From Paecilomyces variotii (lineage: Eukaryota), in assembly GCA_004022145.1 (NCBI GenBank), contig RCNU01000008.1: DNA of 64,000 nt; one strand, 5' to 3'. Below the pieces are notes generated by a model. It saw only the letters and a program-made list of their open reading frames with translations. It made no database searches and had not been told where the DNA came from. Below, piece by piece: positions 61,987 through 64,000 of the stretch (its first letter is position 1; every line of letters starts with the position of its first letter). Both the position numbers and the translations under genes were made by a program.

Positions 61987-63609
61987 TAGAGTAAAGCGAT
62001 CTCAGATGCTGGACGAGTGACTTGCTGAAAGCCTGTGATGGCGCCAATCTTCTTGACTCGCGGCTCCAATGTCGTGTAGGGAAGAGGCTGGTTAGGGGAT
62101 ATGCCAATTTGTAAGTTCTCGACGTCCATGGGAGGCTTATCACGTCCTCTGAAAGACAGCTTGTGCTTCTTGGCTAATCTTCGGATCACCTACACAAGTT
62201 AGCTATATAGCAAGCATTACGCAAAGATGAAGCGGATGTCAGGGTCGGCTGTGCGGTGAGGAAGGAGTCACTCATACTCGACGCATCTGACGATTCATCT
62301 GTTTTCCGATCTTATTGGAAGTATCCCTTCTGTATACCAGACGAAATACCTTCCAGAAAGCGTCCAACGAGCTCTTGCACTTAACGCCTGGAAGCCGTCT
62401 CCCATTCTTTCCATGTTGTAGATTGAGAACCCAGTCTAGGAAGGAAGGTGTACATGATCGAAACTAACAGATATACGAATTCCTTTTTGGGATCCTTTCG
62501 AAGAAAAGCGCAGAATCTATGTGGCTCCGAAGTTGGGAAGCTAATTCACCGGGAAGGAGAGCGAAAGAGGCCTGGGCAGCGTACCTTATTGGGATCACTT
62601 TTCCTCCACCCAGTCAAGGAGGGCGGTGGTGCCTTTGCTATAGTCTTCCTCATCCTCGGGCTCGGTTAGTTCAGTGTCGTCTTGACTTGTCTTGGGTGCT
62701 TTCTCTATCGGAGTCGTCGCTGTAGTTGGACTCGCTGTAGTTGGACGACTGGTAGTCTGCCTTTCGAGAACGGCGAGCCATGAGATGGAGGTAGATGGAG
62801 GTTTCACAAAGTAAAACATTAAGCGTGTCCGGGGTTTGTTTTTGGGATAAAGATTTGGTATTTTAAAGAGGAGCCCAGCTTTGGATGATGGGTCTGGATG
62901 TCAAAGAAGATCGTGCCATTTCGAATTAGAATCGCCGTATTGGGAGAAGAAACATCGGGCCACCTGGGTGAAAGGCCGCCATTTATTCTGATAATAATGA
63001 GAGGAAGCCATTTTCGACTCCCTTAGGGAACCGCAGCGTAGCAGACACAATGCAAGATTGTGAGTATGGGTAGGTCGCTGGGCTCGCTGCGGGCGAATTG
63101 AGGTTCCAACTTCCACTTCATGTCAGTAGTTGGTGGTGCGTGGATGGCGGAAGGGCTGGAAAATTGTCAGCCAAAAACCAGCGTCGACTGTGGCCGTTTT
63201 TTGGCTGTCCATTTGCCGTCATCTAGTTAAATATATATAGTATAGATTTCTAGATTTATATAGATTTATAGTATCATTAGACCGCATAATAATGCAGTCC
63301 TTGTAGTATGCATCTCAGAGACTAGTGACTTCTTCTTAAAAATAATCAATTCTACTCCTTACAAATAGATGGTTTAAGATTTTTTTTATTTAATTTTTAA
63401 TCTATTGCTTTCCCTGTCTGCTTAGTAGCGGTTGGTAAGATGCCTGCCGAGACCCGAGTCTAGATTCTAGAACAGCGCATAACTGCGGTCTGTATAGATA
63501 CAGTAGTAGTACAACTCCATACAAGTTGACACTAAAGTACTAACAACTATAAAAATTTTCCAGCCCAACGGTACGGACAGGGCTTACTCTAGCTACTATA
63601 GTAGAGTAA
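61987..63609 (-). mobile_element. Putative derelict Starship remnant (boundaries tentative; may extend to about 60544)
   Basis: Captain pseudogene flanked by TTACTCTA copies on the minus strand at 63602-63609 and 61987-61994, with a third at 60544-60551; TA-rich stretch at about 63225-63420. Confidence 0.5.
62010..62781 (-). pseudogene. Decayed DUF3435 tyrosine recombinase (Starship captain) gene
   Basis: MARRSRKADY..; DDTELTEPEDEEDYSKGTTALLDWVEEK*; FCAFLRKDP; FLDWVLNLQHGKNGRRLPGVKCKSSLDAFWKVFRLVY..KIGKQMNRQMRR|VIRRLAKKHKLSFRGRDKPPMDVENL fused directly to ISPNQPLPYTTLEPRVKKIGAITGFQQVTRP. Contains stops, frameshifts and an internal deletion. Confidence 0.85.
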
Positions 63610-64000
63610 CTAGTTAGTCAGTTAACATCCATGGATTACCTAGGTAGTATACTAGTTCCCTATTCGAGAATAATGGTTGACAGTGCTCCTCCTCATTGGG
63701 CTCCGAGGTCCGGACTCGGGGTTTACTCCAGGCAGAAGTTGCTGTTGTGGCTTTTACTACGGAGTACTTTACTCCAGTTAAGTAAAGTAAAAATTGCAAG
63801 TGGATTCGGTTGATGATCATCTCCATCACTATCCACCGGGGCGGGAATGTCGAGACAACTGATTTGATCGATTATTCGTTGATGCGGACGCCGTGGAAGC
63901 TCTGGCAAGCTTCTCGAATGTGTTTTGCGGCGGGTTGTGTGTGGGCAGTGGAGACTGGATGAAGGGCTTTTTGCCTCTGGCTCTTTTTCTTTTTTTTTTT

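Noticed and set aside
1-64000. rRNA, tRNA or CRISPR arrays
   Set aside because: None recognised by eye in this eukaryotic gene-dense region; a tRNAscan/Rfam run would be needed to exclude small RNAs.

Overview
Intron-containing filamentous ascomycete DNA (Eurotiales-like by gene content; inference). About 17 protein-coding genes were reconstructed by hand from GT..AG splicing: a partial aldo-keto reductase, a small hypothetical ORF, an MFS transporter, a multi-exon C2H2/TPR/MYND protein, large-subunit catalase catA, an F-box-like/UBA protein, an Mpv17/PMP22 protein, a peroxisomal acyl-CoA oxidase-like protein, two Rieske-oxygenase alpha-subunit homologues, gyp7, a GAS2-domain protein, a hexokinase paralogue, hus1, sec16, neo1 and a DUF4188 monooxygenase-like protein. 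The most notable signal is the tandem Rieske pair (28613-32282). One gene keeps the [2Fe-2S] ligands but has lost all mononuclear-iron ligands; the other keeps the iron ligands and bridging Glu but lacks the cluster-binding segment. This suggests a split, heteromeric Rieske oxygenase. The right end holds a decayed DUF3435 tyrosine-recombinase (Starship captain) gene, a candidate palindromic boundary site and a neighbouring pseudogene. All family calls rest on recognised motifs, not database searches, and exon boundaries are manual predictions.
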